A stretch of 64,000 nt of DNA from Acidimicrobiia bacterium (GCA_035253825.1 DATFBM010000012.1:150054-214053); one strand, 5' to 3'; positions 1 through 9,649 are shown, counted from the stretch's first letter. Notes: generated from the sequence alone by a model not told the origin. Translations and numbers: made by a program.

Positions 1-1286
1 CGATCGATCTCGGCGAGGTCGGGATCTGAGCTGGAGCGGTAGATGCGCATCCGACTGCCGGCTTCATCGATGAGGTCGATGGCCTTGTCCGGAAGGTGCC
101 GATCGGAGATGTATCGATCGGCCAGGTTGGCCGAGGAGACGATGGCCGCGTCTGTGAAACGCACCGAGTGGTGGGTCTCGTAGCGCTCCTTCAAGCCCAT
201 CAAGATCTGAATCGTGTCGGTCACCGATGGCTCCTCGACTCGGACCGGTTGGAAACGCCGTTCGAGGGCGGAGTCCTTCTCGAGGTACTTGCGATATTCC
301 TCGAGCGTCGTGGCACCAATGGTCTGCAGCTCACCGCGAGCCAGCATCGGTTTGAGGATGGAGGCGGCGTCGATTGCTCCCTCGGCAGCACCTGCACCGA
401 CCAGGGTGTGGATTTCGTCGATGAAGAGAATGATGTCGCCCCGAGTGCGAATCTCCTTCAGCACCTTCTTGAGGCGCTCTTCGAAGTCGCCGCGATAACG
501 CGACCCTGCCACGAGAGCTCCGAGGTCGAGGGTATAGAGCTGACGATTGTGGAGCGTCTCGGGCACGTCGTTGGCGACGATGCGCTGGGCCAGGCCCTCA
601 ACGATGGCCGTCTTGCCCACGCCCGGCTCGCCAATGAGGACCGGATTGTTCTTTGTTCGGCGGGAGAGGATCTGCATGACCCGCTCGATCTCCCGGGTGC
701 GGCCGATCACCGGGTCGAGTTTGCGCTCGCGGGCGAGTTGGGTGTAGTTGCGGCCGAATTGATCCAGGACGGTGGAGCCCGAGGTGGAGGACTCGCCCCG
801 TGAGCTACCGGACCCGGCAGAGCTCTGCTGGGGCTGATCCTCGCTTTGACCGGAACCGTTGAGAAGCTGGATCACGGCATGGCGAACCTTGGTGAGTTCG
901 GCTCCCATCTTTTGCAGGACTTGCGCCGCCACGCCCTCACCCTCGCGGATTAGACCCAAGAGAATGTGTTCGGTCCCGATGTAGTTGTGTCCGAGCTGGA
1001 GTGCTTCTCGCAATGAGAGCTCGAGGACTTTCTTCGCCCGGGGAGTGAAGGGAATGTGTCCGCTCGGAGCCTGCGCTCCCCGACCGATGATTTCCACCAC
1101 CTGATCGCGCACTCCGACAAGATTGATATTGAGGCCTTCGAGAGCACGGGCGGCGATGCCTTCGCCTTCATTGAGGAGACCGAGGAGGATGTGCTCGGTT
1201 CCGATGTAGCTGTGATTGAGCAGGCGTGCTTCTTCCTGAGCGAGGACGACTACTCGTCGTGCCCGGTCGGTAAAGCGCTCAAACAC
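1..1286 (-). CDS. clpC: ATP-dependent Clp chaperone ClpC, N-terminal ~428 aa (3' end lies beyond the window start)
   Basis: Absent from the ORF track because it runs off the edge. Reverse-strand translation from GTG at 1286 reads [37 protein letters not shown] (Clp_N repeats). It continues into AAA+ module 1 ([17 protein letters not shown] Walker [11 protein letters not shown] Walker B). The + strand ORFs 96..803 and 214..498 are antisense shadows. Confidence 0.9.
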   Translation of the reverse strand, partial: MFERFTDRARRVVVLAQEEARLLNHSYIGTEHILLGLLNEGEGIAARALEGLNINLVGVRDQVVEIIGRGAQAPSGHIPFTPRAKKVLELSLREALQLGHNYIGTEHILLGLIREGEGVAAQVLQKMGAELTKVRHAVIQLLNGSGQSEDQPQQSSAGSGSSRGESSTSGSTVLDQFGRNYTQLARERKLDPVIGRTREIERVMQILSRRTKNNPVLIGEPGVGKTAIVEGLAQRIVANDVPETLHNRQLYTLDLGALVAGSRYRGDFEERLKKVLKEIRTRGDIILFIDEIHTLVGAGAAEGAIDAASILKPMLARGELQTIGATTLEEYRKYLEKDSALERRFQPVRVEEPSVTDTIQILMGLKERYETHHSVRFTDAAIVSSANLADRYISDRHLPDKAIDLIDEAGSRMRIYRSSSDPDLAEID

Positions 1287-1432
1287 TCTCAATGCTCCTG
1301 ACTGCTACACCCCTGGCGAGGTAGTAGCGATTATATCGGCAGGGTCTCACAACACCTTGTGACCAACTCCGAAGTGCCCGCGTAGATCACTCCGCCGGAG
1401 TCCGGAGCCCGCCATGTCATTACGATTTGCCC

Positions 1433-2425
1433 ATGCAGGAACTCAGCGCGCTGGTTCCCCTCCCTCACGTCTGGGACCGCCTCGCCACGGTCGAAGCAAG
1501 GCTGCTCGAGGTGACCAACGCCGACGATCCCTACCTCACCAAGATCTTTCAACACCTGCTGGTGGCGGGGGGGAAACGCTTCCGACCCTTGCTGGCCTTG
1601 CTGGCGGCTGAGTTTGGCCCCGAATCCCCCACCCGACGACCCGTCGAGGCCGGGGTGGCGGTCGAGTTGATTCATGTCGGGAGCCTTTATCACGATGATG
1701 TCATCGACGAGTCGGATACCCGTCGGGGAGCGCCGTCCGCCAACGTCAACTGGAACAACACCGTCGCCATCCTCGCCGGCGATTTCCTCCTCGCCCGCGC
1801 CTCGGAGGTCGCCGCCACCTACCTTTCCCAGGAGGCGGTCCGTCTGCTGGCGGTCACCTATGCCGAACTGGTAGTGGGCCAGAGCCGCGAGTTGCAATTG
1901 GTGGATTCGCTCGATCATTCCCGGTCCGAGTATGAACGCGTTATCGGCGGCAAAACGGCATCTTTGATCAGGACTTCGGCCCGGCTCGGTGCCATGGCCG
2001 CGGCGGCTACCGATGACATCGTCGACACTCTGACCGAATGGGCCTGGGAGCTCGGAATGGTTTTCCAGCTGAGCGACGATGCGCTCGATCTGGTGGGAAA
2101 CGAGACCACTCTTGGGAAACCGGCCGGTTCCGACATTCGCGAAGGCACTTTCACCCTCCCGGTGCTGGCGGCTATAGCCGCCCCCGACGGCGATCGACTG
2201 CGAGCCCTGCTCGACCGACCTCGCCCCTATTCCGAGGAGGTGGTGGCGAGCGCCATTGCCCACCTGCGCGACGGTGGCTGGGTCGATCAGGCGGTCGATG
2301 CCGCTCTCGAGCGGCTCCACAAGGCCCAGCGGCTGCTGCTGGACCTGCCCGAAACCAAGGTGAGGGCGGTGCTAACGAATCTTGGGGAATACCTGGTCGA
2401 GCGGGTCGAGGCAGCTCGGCCTTAG
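1433..2425 (+). CDS. trans-polyprenyl diphosphate synthase (IspA/HepT-like)
   Basis: ORF 1427..2425 (TTG at 1427, ATG at 1433). Both Asp-rich motifs are present: LYHDDVIDESDTRRG and FQLSDDALD. Confidence 0.85.
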   Translation: MQELSALVPLPHVWDRLATVEARLLEVTNADDPYLTKIFQHLLVAGGKRFRPLLALLAAEFGPESPTRRPVEAGVAVELIHVGSLYHDDVIDESDTRRGAPSANVNWNNTVAILAGDFLLARASEVAATYLSQEAVRLLAVTYAELVVGQSRELQLVDSLDHSRSEYERVIGGKTASLIRTSARLGAMAAAATDDIVDTLTEWAWELGMVFQLSDDALDLVGNETTLGKPAGSDIREGTFTLPVLAAIAAPDGDRLRALLDRPRPYSEEVVASAIAHLRDGGWVDQAVDAALERLHKAQRLLLDLPETKVRAVLTNLGEYLVERVEAARP

Positions 2426-2426
2426 C

Positions 2427-3005
2427 TCACAGTTCGATTTCGGCGATGTTGGGAACTTCGGAGCGCGCCGTCCGTGCCGCCTCCAGAGCCAAGTCGAGAT
2501 AGTCCTCGGGCCGGGCGCTGTCACCTTCCACCGCCACTACCAGACCGAACTTGATCTCGGCCGTGATCTCGGGGTCAGCGATGGCGTGGCGCAAGGTCGT
2601 CCGCATCCGGGAGGTGACGGTCGAGGCCCCATGGCGCTGGAACTCTCGAAGCACGACGGCGAAGGTGTGGCTATCCAACCGACCGGTGTCGTCGACGGCC
2701 CGTCCGGCATCGGAGAGGGCGAGGGAGACCAATCGGGCCAGGCTGGCAGCCTGCTCCGCTGAACGATCGGCCATGGCCGGGATCACGATCACCATCACAC
2801 CAAATGGTTCTCGCCGCCGGTTCCACCAGGCCCAGGCTCGACGAATGGCTTCGATGGTCCCGGTTCGATTGAGCATGCCGGTGTCGACGTCGACCGGTAG
2901 GAAGGTGTCGACCAGCTGTCGCAGGCGGGCGATCTCCTCGTCCTTCTGGTCGATCAGGGCCAATAGACCAGACACATCGGTTATGGGTTGCTCAGGATCT
3001 CCCAT
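2427..3005 (-). CDS. degenerate GGDEF-like domain protein with an N-terminal coiled-coil
   Basis: 192 aa. DVDTGMLNRTG resembles the GGDEF-domain start. The signature position reads GRLDSHTFAVVL instead of RxGGDEF, and the upstream DxDxFK metal site is missing. Confidence 0.55.
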   Translation of the reverse strand: MGDPEQPITDVSGLLALIDQKDEEIARLRQLVDTFLPVDVDTGMLNRTGTIEAIRRAWAWWNRRREPFGVMVIVIPAMADRSAEQAASLARLVSLALSDAGRAVDDTGRLDSHTFAVVLREFQRHGASTVTSRMRTTLRHAIADPEITAEIKFGLVVAVEGDSARPEDYLDLALEAARTARSEVPNIAEIEL

Positions 3006-3048
3006 GGCATTAAATCGGCCGGATTCGGCCCCTACTTGATGGTCTCGC

Positions 3049-4473
3049 CTAGGGCGCGGGGCTTTCCGGACGGAGGGTCGGAAAGAGGATGACGTCCCGG
3101 ATGTGATGGGTGTCGGTGACGAGCATCACCAACCGATCGACTCCGATGCCGAGGCCGCCGGTGGGCGGCATGCCGTACTCGAGCGCCCGCAAGAAGTCCT
3201 CGTCGAGCGGGTGGGCTTCGACATCGCCCGCCGCCCGAGCGGCGGCCTGTTCTACGAACCGCACCCTCTGGTCGAGCGGATCGATCAACTCGGAGAAGGC
3301 GTTGACATACTCGGATCCCGCGATGACGAGCTCGAAGCGCTCGGTCAAGCCGGCGCTCGAGCGGTGGACTCGGGCCAATGGCGAAATCTCTTTGGGGTAA
3401 TCGGTGACAAAAGTCGGCTCCCAGATGCTCCCCTCGACCACCTGGTCGTATATCGCCTCGATCACCCGACCCGGACCCCAAGCGTCCTCGACCTCGGTCC
3501 CCAGCCGGTGAGCAAGGCGGCGGAGCTCGTCGAGAGGACGTTCGAGGGAGACGGGCTCGGTGGCGGCCTCGCTGACCAGGTCCAGCATCGTCGCCCTCCG
3601 AAATGGCGGGTTGAAGTCGAGTGGCTTGCCCCGATAGCTGATGGTGGTCCCGCCTGTGACCGATTTCACCACTGCGACGAAGACCTCTTCGACGAGCGCG
3701 ATCATGTCGTGATAGTCGGCCAGGGCCTGATAGGCCTCGAGCATGGTGAACTCGGGATTGTGGGTGGAGTCGATGCCTTCGTTACGAAACACGCGTCCGA
3801 TCTCAAAAACCCGCTCCATTCCTCCAACGACGAGCCGTTTCAGATAGAGCTCGAGTGAGATACGTAGCTTCATCTGCACGTCGAGGGATTCGTGATGGGT
3901 AATAAAAGGTCGAGCGATGGCCCCGGTGGCCTGCGATAGGAGCACCGGGGTCTCGACTTCGACGAAGCCACGGGCAAGGAACTCGGAGCGAAGCTCGCTG
4001 ACCACCTCCGAGCGGGCCTGGGCCACGGCCAGGGAGCGGTCGTTGACGATGAGGTCGAGGTAACGCTGGCGGGACCGGGCCTCGATGTCGGTCAGGCCAT
4101 GCCACTTGTCGGGAAGGGGTCGATGAATCCGGGCCAGAACCACGAACGACTCGAGACGCACCGAGAGCTCGCCCTTTTTTGTCGTGACGATTTCACCCGC
4201 CCCGCCCACCCAGTCACCAAGGTTGGCCTCCGCCACTTGCTCGAAGGCCAGGCCTGCGAGACGAGACAACTCGGCAAGGAGTTGAATCCGCCCCGAGTAA
4301 TCACGAATCGTGAGGAAGATGAGCTTGCCGAACGAGCGCTTGAGCATCACCCGACCGGCCACGGCCACCATCTGTCCGGTTTCCGCTCCGGGACCGAGAT
4401 CGGCGTGGGCAGCCGCTAAGTCAGCCGCCAGGGCGCTGCGCTCGAACCGGTAGGGAAGCTCGTCAGTGCTCAC
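3049..4473 (-). CDS. lysS: lysine--tRNA ligase, class II
   Basis: 474 aa. Motifs FRNEGIDSTHNPEFTMLEAY and GGLGIGVDRLVMLV. Confidence 0.93.
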   Translation of the reverse strand: MSTDELPYRFERSALAADLAAAHADLGPGAETGQMVAVAGRVMLKRSFGKLIFLTIRDYSGRIQLLAELSRLAGLAFEQVAEANLGDWVGGAGEIVTTKKGELSVRLESFVVLARIHRPLPDKWHGLTDIEARSRQRYLDLIVNDRSLAVAQARSEVVSELRSEFLARGFVEVETPVLLSQATGAIARPFITHHESLDVQMKLRISLELYLKRLVVGGMERVFEIGRVFRNEGIDSTHNPEFTMLEAYQALADYHDMIALVEEVFVAVVKSVTGGTTISYRGKPLDFNPPFRRATMLDLVSEAATEPVSLERPLDELRRLAHRLGTEVEDAWGPGRVIEAIYDQVVEGSIWEPTFVTDYPKEISPLARVHRSSAGLTERFELVIAGSEYVNAFSELIDPLDQRVRFVEQAAARAAGDVEAHPLDEDFLRALEYGMPPTGGLGIGVDRLVMLVTDTHHIRDVILFPTLRPESPAP

Positions 4474-4513
4474 CGTCAGACCTTATCTGCGCCCGGTTGC
4501 GCTCCGCTGCCAC

Positions 4514-5275
4514 CTAACCGTCGTGGTTCAAGGCGAAGATCTCGGCCAAGCCGACGAGGGTCAAGTCCGCTTGGACCTCCTTCACCAGGCGGGTGTGAGC
4601 GACGACGGTCGGCGCCAGCCCGCCAGTAGCCACAACCGGGACCGGCGTGTCGACTTGAGCCAGGATGCGCTCGACGAGGCCGTCCACCAGTCCGGCGTAG
4701 CCATAGATGAGGCCGCTCTGAATTGCCTCGACGGTCGAGCGGCCGACCGGGCTCCGGGGGGCGGAAAGCTCAACCCTTCGCAGGGCGGCAGTGTGAGTCA
4801 CCAAGGCATCGGCCGAGACTTCGAGGCCCGGCGCTATCGCTCCCCCTCTGTAGGACCCGTCCGGACCAACCAGGTCGACAGTGGTGGCGGTCCCAAAATC
4901 GACCACGATCACCGGTGCCCCGAGGAGGCGGACCGCCCCGATGGCGTTGGCCACCCGATCGGCCCCGACCTCGCGTGGATTGTCGACCGACAACGCAATC
5001 CCCGTCTTGACACCGGGTCCAACCACGACCAACCGGCCTTCGATAAGGGGAGCAAGGGCCTGCCGCCAACTCTCGGTGCGTTGCGGCACCACCGAGGACA
5101 AGCAGCCGCCACTGACCGGGCCGGCGTACTCAGCAAGCATCGATCTCAGGAGGAGCCGACATTCATCGGCGGTGCGCTCCAAATCGGTGGATATCCGCCA
5201 GCGGTGGACAGCCGCCTCGCCATCCCAGAGGCCGACGATGGTGTTGGTGTTGCCGACGTCACAAAGCAGCAGCAT
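4514..5275 (-). CDS. coaX: type III pantothenate kinase
   Basis: 253 aa. N-terminal LLLCDVGNTNTIVGLW motif. The start overlaps the panC stop by 1 nt. Confidence 0.9.
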   Translation of the reverse strand: MLLLCDVGNTNTIVGLWDGEAAVHRWRISTDLERTADECRLLLRSMLAEYAGPVSGGCLSSVVPQRTESWRQALAPLIEGRLVVVGPGVKTGIALSVDNPREVGADRVANAIGAVRLLGAPVIVVDFGTATTVDLVGPDGSYRGGAIAPGLEVSADALVTHTAALRRVELSAPRSPVGRSTVEAIQSGLIYGYAGLVDGLVERILAQVDTPVPVVATGGLAPTVVAHTRLVKEVQADLTLVGLAEIFALNHDG

Positions 5276-6159
5276 CAGCGGTAGAGCACACTTTCTCGCT
5301 CGAGCCGACGGCCTCGATCGGCCATCACCTGTCCGACGACAAGGTCGAACGCCACATTGTCGATCAGGCGCACCTTGCCGACCCGGGCGGCGATCGCCAG
5401 AAAAGAAGGCCGGTCAAGCTCGGCTAGCGGCTGGGCATGATTCTGGGAGGCAAGGGTGACGTACTCGATATCGACACCGTCGGCCACCTGGCTCGCGACC
5501 CCGAGCAACCGTCTGCCATCTCGCTCTCCGGCTTCGGCCAGGTCAGCGGCGGCGAAGAGTCCGGCGCTGATAGACAAGGCCGCCACCCGCTCTTCAGGGC
5601 TGAGAAAGACATTGCGGCTGGAGAGCGCGAGTCCGTCCTGTTCGCGGATGGTGGGCTGGCCGCTGATAGTCACCGGAAACGAGAGGTCCTTTGTCATCTG
5701 GCGGACGAGAGCGAGTTGTTGCGCATCCTTCCGACCAAAGAAGGCGAGGTCGGGCTGAATCCCGGCGAAGAGCTTTGCTACCGCCGTCGCCACGCCCTCG
5801 AAATGACCCGGCCGCCTGGGTCCTTCAAGGTGATCCTCTACCTTGGCAACTCTCACCCGGGTGAGCGGAGGCTCGGGGTACATCTCCTCCGACGAAGGAG
5901 CAAAGACAACGTCGACCTTCTCGGCCCTTGCCATCTCCAGATCCCGTTCGAGGTCGCGGGGATATCTCTCCAGATCGGCGGGGTCGTTGAACTGGAGGGG
6001 GTTGACGAACAGGGAGACGATCACCGTCTCTGCCGCCTGACGAGCCGCCACCATCAATGCCAGGTGCCCCTCGTGGAAATAGCCCATGGTCGGCACGAGG
6101 GCGGTGAGCCCCCGCCGCTGGAGACGGCTTTCGAAAAAGGTTCGGGTGACCTCAGTCAC
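5275..6159 (-). CDS. panC: pantoate--beta-alanine ligase
   Basis: 294 aa. PTMGYFHEGHLALM motif and overall PanC-like sequence. Confidence 0.92.
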   Translation of the reverse strand: MTEVTRTFFESRLQRRGLTALVPTMGYFHEGHLALMVAARQAAETVIVSLFVNPLQFNDPADLERYPRDLERDLEMARAEKVDVVFAPSSEEMYPEPPLTRVRVAKVEDHLEGPRRPGHFEGVATAVAKLFAGIQPDLAFFGRKDAQQLALVRQMTKDLSFPVTISGQPTIREQDGLALSSRNVFLSPEERVAALSISAGLFAAADLAEAGERDGRRLLGVASQVADGVDIEYVTLASQNHAQPLAELDRPSFLAIAARVGKVRLIDNVAFDLVVGQVMADRGRRLERESVLYR

Positions 6160-6955
6160 GGTGAAGCCTCAGATCCGCCGGAACCTCGACCGATGCGGTG
6201 ATGGCCGTCGCCGCCGTGAGGAGGTCGAACTGCGTCAAGGCCTCCTCTCCCATTTCGGCCGCGGCCGATCTTTGCAAGCGAACGGTTTCCCAATCCTGGC
6301 GCAGGATGGGCCCGGTCAGCGACCGCCTTGCGCCCAGGGCGAAGGCATGGCTCACCACCGCTTTCGACAAGGGCTCGGCGGCAGCGAACGGCACCTTGGC
6401 CTTCTCGAAGAACTGCTGGGCGAGATCGAGTGCTGCCACGAGGAAATTGGAGGCGGCGGCCGCCCCCGAGTGGTAGGCGGGGCGGACCTCGTCGTCCAGG
6501 TCGAAGTCGTGCATGCCGAGGCTGGCGGCCAGCCCTCGCAGCAGCTCTCGCAACCGACCGCCGGCCGTTACCGCCACCCAGGAACCAGCGAGGACCCGGG
6601 CGCCGTCTCGTGGGTCGGGTAGGGATTGGAGGGGGTGAAAGGAGCCGACCTCCCATCCCAACCCCGCCAAGCCGGAGAGAACCGAGATGCTGGTGGCACC
6701 CGACAGATGCACAGCGGCGGTTGGGGGGTGATAGTGGGCTGCTTGGCGGGCAGCCTCGGCGATTTCCCCGTCGCGAGTGGCGATCACGACGAGATCGGCC
6801 GCGGGCCAATGGCCTTCCACCAGCGGAAACCCGAGCTCCCAACGAAGGGGTGAGCGAGCGACGAGGCCGCAGATCTCATGGCCGGCGGCGGCGGCCGCCA
6901 GTGCCAAGGCTCCCCCGGCGCGACCGGGACCTATTAGCAGAATCTTCATCGCCAA
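6152..6955 (-). CDS. Rossmann-fold NAD(P)-binding protein (DUF2520-like) in the pan/fol cluster
   Basis: 267 aa. N-terminal KILLIGPGRAGGALALAAAAAGHEI dinucleotide fold. It occupies the same slot as the conserved Rossmann-like gene upstream of panC in actinobacteria, and overlaps both neighbours. Confidence 0.6.
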   Translation of the reverse strand: MAMKILLIGPGRAGGALALAAAAAGHEICGLVARSPLRWELGFPLVEGHWPAADLVVIATRDGEIAEAARQAAHYHPPTAAVHLSGATSISVLSGLAGLGWEVGSFHPLQSLPDPRDGARVLAGSWVAVTAGGRLRELLRGLAASLGMHDFDLDDEVRPAYHSGAAAASNFLVAALDLAQQFFEKAKVPFAAAEPLSKAVVSHAFALGARRSLTGPILRQDWETVRLQRSAAAEMGEEALTQFDLLTAATAITASVEVPADLRLHRD

Positions 6956-7890
6956 CCCGGAAGAATGGTCGCCCGAACATCTCCGGCATAGTCGGCGTAC
7001 TCCGGATAGATCACCCTGAGTCGCCGTTCTTCAAATCGAGCCTTGAGCCAGAAGAAGCCTGCCAGCACACCGACGAGCAAAAAACCCCACCAGGCCCGCC
7101 ACAAGATCACCGCTCCGATCGCGCCCAGCAGCAGACCCAGATAGATCGGATGGCGAACGACTCGATAGACGCCTCCCTGGGCCAGCTTGGCTTGGCGCGG
7201 AGTGGGACTGGCTGTGAAGGCGGCCCCCAGCTCTTTGGCGCCGGCGCCGATGAAGAAGAGACCCGCCCCGATCGGAATCAGACCCAGCCAGCTCCAACCG
7301 GCGGGCGGCCAGGCGCCGCCGACGAGGACGAACATCGCGATCGCGATCAGAAGGACGAACTGAGCGGCCACCCAGGGAGCGCCCTTCTCGACGAAGTGGA
7401 TAGGCCCGGTTAGCCAGGTATCTGCCAGCCGCACCACCTGCTGACCGCGTACGGTTCTCAATAGGCCTGCTGCCGGCCCACCGCTCAGGGACGCCTCCGG
7501 CCACACCTCGGTCAGCGGCTCGACCACAAACCGCCTCTGATGACTGCGGGGGTGAGGAAGCTCGAGGTCGGCGCTGGCCCAACTGATGCCTTCGATCGCG
7601 ATCAGATCGAGATCGAGCGTGCGGGGCCCAAAGCGCTCGTTTCGAACCCGTCCGGCCGCCGCCTCGATGCCCTGAAGCTGCCCCAAGATCTCGAGCGGGG
7701 GTTGATCGGAATCGATCAGCGCGACTGCGTTCAGAAAGTCGTCTTGGGCAGGGCCCCCCACCGGGGCCGTGAGATAGAGAGATGAAACCGCGGTCAGCGA
7801 AAACGACCGCGAGAGTCGCTCTATTGCGAAGCGGAGGTTGGCCAAGCGGTCGCCGAGATTCGATCCGAGTGAGATCGCAACCTTCGGCAC
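6946..7890 (-). CDS. folK: HPPK (FolK) fused to a C-terminal ICMT/PEMT-family membrane methyltransferase domain
   Basis: 314 aa. The N-terminal ~150 aa are HPPK (VAISLGSNLGDR, RFGPRTLDLDLI, LELPHPR). Hydrophobic segments follow. The C-terminus carries GGVYRVVRHPIYLGLLL and FEERRLRVIYPEYADYAGDV, typical of isoprenylcysteine carboxyl methyltransferase-like proteins. Confidence 0.8.
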   Translation of the reverse strand: MPKVAISLGSNLGDRLANLRFAIERLSRSFSLTAVSSLYLTAPVGGPAQDDFLNAVALIDSDQPPLEILGQLQGIEAAAGRVRNERFGPRTLDLDLIAIEGISWASADLELPHPRSHQRRFVVEPLTEVWPEASLSGGPAAGLLRTVRGQQVVRLADTWLTGPIHFVEKGAPWVAAQFVLLIAIAMFVLVGGAWPPAGWSWLGLIPIGAGLFFIGAGAKELGAAFTASPTPRQAKLAQGGVYRVVRHPIYLGLLLGAIGAVILWRAWWGFLLVGVLAGFFWLKARFEERRLRVIYPEYADYAGDVRATILPGWR

Positions 7891-7903
7891 CTAGCTCCTA
7901 GGC

Positions 7904-8260
7904 CTAGCGATGGCGTTCAATTGTCACGCTGACATCGGCGAAATCGACGGCAATGGGCGCGTTGGGTTTGTGAACCGTCACGGCTATCGCTTTCACGAGG
8001 GGAATCGAGAGAACCAATTTGGCGATTTCTTCGGCAACCTTCTCGATCAAGTTCCACCGCGACCCCCCGACTAACTCGTGAATCTTCTCCGCCAGGCTGC
8101 CGTAGTCGATGGTGTCGTCGAGGCTGTCACTTCTTCCAGCGGCCTTGAGATCGGCTTCGATATCAAGATCGATCAGAAACCTTTGACCGATCTGTTTTTC
8201 CTCGGGCAGGACTCCGTGGTGAGCAAAGACCTCGATGCCCGTGAGTTGCAGCCGATCCAC
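7904..8260 (-). CDS. folB: dihydroneopterin aldolase
   Basis: 118 aa. GIEVFAHHGVLPEEKQIGQRFLIDLDI is FolB-like, and the gene sits in the fol operon. Confidence 0.88.
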   Translation of the reverse strand: MDRLQLTGIEVFAHHGVLPEEKQIGQRFLIDLDIEADLKAAGRSDSLDDTIDYGSLAEKIHELVGGSRWNLIEKVAEEIAKLVLSIPLVKAIAVTVHKPNAPIAVDFADVSVTIERHR

Positions 8261-8703
8261 TAGCTGGGCACGAGGGCGCGCCCCTCGGGGCCGAGCGGGC
8301 GGCGCAAAATCTCTTCTACGAGGGAGACCGCCATGATTGGCTGTCCCACCATCCCCGACCAGACCAGATAACCGGCCAGAAGCCCCGCCAAGTCGTCGTT
8401 GATGACTTCACCGTGGACCAACACGCGGGCAGTGGGATCCGACAGTTCTTCGTGCACGGCCTTGAAAACTCGCTCGGCCTCCTGTGGTGTCGGGCGTTCG
8501 GAGATCATGACCTGGCGAGCGTTCAGGCCGGCATCGCGGTACGCGGCCAGGTTCTGATTGCCAGGCAAGAGGGTGATGACCGACGTGACCTGCGCCCCCC
8601 GCTTCAGCCAGTTGATCTCTTCCTCTCGCCGGATCTTGCGATGCTGAAACCCGTGCCCCCCGATGCGTTCGGAAACTGCCAAGCGATCAGCTATCACCCA
8701 CAT
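8260..8703 (-). CDS. dual-specificity-phosphatase-fold protein lacking the catalytic cysteine
   Basis: 147 aa. The layout resembles the DSP/PTP fold (VTSVITLL ... ARVLVHGEVINDDLAGLLAGYLV ... EEILRRP). The HCx5R P-loop reads HGEVINDD, and the protein contains no Cys at all. Its stop overlaps the folB start by 1 nt. Confidence 0.5.
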   Translation of the reverse strand: MWVIADRLAVSERIGGHGFQHRKIRREEEINWLKRGAQVTSVITLLPGNQNLAAYRDAGLNARQVMISERPTPQEAERVFKAVHEELSDPTARVLVHGEVINDDLAGLLAGYLVWSGMVGQPIMAVSLVEEILRRPLGPEGRALVPS

Positions 8704-8785
8704 GAATCCGCGGGGCTTTAAACCGGTATTGATCTGTCAGCCTTTCTCGCCCGGCCAGCTCAAATTTATGTGAAGCCGACGTGCT

Positions 8786-9649
8786 CTAGACCTGTGTTGT
8801 TTCGTCACGGTGATCGACAGGCGGGACGATAGCCATAGCCACCAAAAGCGCTTCTCGACAAGCGGCCACATTGTGAACGCGAAAAACGTCGACTCCCTGG
8901 TCCCAGAGGGTGGCGACCCCAGCCGCGGTAGCGACATCCCGACGCAGCGGATCCTTCTCGCCGGTGATGCGCCCGAGAAAGGCCTTGCGTGAGATGCCGA
9001 CCATGATTGGAAAGCCCAACTTCCTCAATCGGGACACGCCGGCGAGCAAGGCGAGGTTGTGCTCGGCCAACTTCCCAAACCCGATCCCGGGGTCGACGCA
9101 GATGTGGTCGGGCGAGACCCCGAGCTGCATCGCCATTCGGGTCCGTTGGGCCAGGAAGTCTCCGACCTCGGTGACGACGTCGGCGTACGTCGGATCGTCC
9201 TGCATGGTTTGGGGAGTGCCTTGCATATGCATCAGCACCAGCCCCGCGTTGAATTGGGCCACGGCCTCTACCAGGTCCGGATCCGAGCCACCGCTGATGT
9301 CATTGACAATGACGGCCCCGGCTTCGAGGGCTGCTCGGGCCACGTCCGCTTTCGTGGTATCGATCGAGACCAGCGCCCCTGACGCGCTGAGCCCTTCCAC
9401 CACCGGAAGGATCCGCTCCAACTCCACCTCCAAAGCGACCGGTTCGGCGCGAGGGCGCGTCGATTCACCGCCGATGTCGAGCAAGGCCGCGCCGTCTGAC
9501 ACCAACCGCCTTCCATGCGCGATCGCTGACTCCGCGGTGGGAAGAAGTCCACCGTCTGAGAACGAATCCGGGGTGACGTTGACGATGCCCATCAGGAGGG
9601 GCGCCTCGAGGGAAAGCTCTCCCCGAGACGTGCCCCACCGGCGGGTCAT
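8786..9649 (-). CDS. folP: dihydropteroate synthase
   Basis: I use the internal start MTRRWGTS at 9649, which forms an ATGA overlap with the folE stop. [14 protein letters not shown] motif. The longer ORF to 9985 would run through folE. Confidence 0.9.
   Translation of the reverse strand: MTRRWGTSRGELSLEAPLLMGIVNVTPDSFSDGGLLPTAESAIAHGRRLVSDGAALLDIGGESTRPRAEPVALEVELERILPVVEGLSASGALVSIDTTKADVARAALEAGAVIVNDISGGSDPDLVEAVAQFNAGLVLMHMQGTPQTMQDDPTYADVVTEVGDFLAQRTRMAMQLGVSPDHICVDPGIGFGKLAEHNLALLAGVSRLRKLGFPIMVGISRKAFLGRITGEKDPLRRDVATAAGVATLWDQGVDVFRVHNVAACREALLVAMAIVPPVDHRDETTQV

Noticed and set aside
96-803. 235-aa + strand ORF, with nested ORFs 214..498 and 547..747
   Set aside because: It lies antisense to the clearly recognisable clpC coding frame. 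The translation is Gly/Arg/Val-rich with no motifs, which is the typical high-GC shadow ORF.
1331-2320. 329-aa minus-strand ORF opposite the polyprenyl synthase gene
   Set aside because: The + strand frame carries both Asp-rich prenyltransferase motifs. The minus-strand product has low-complexity composition. Shadow ORF.
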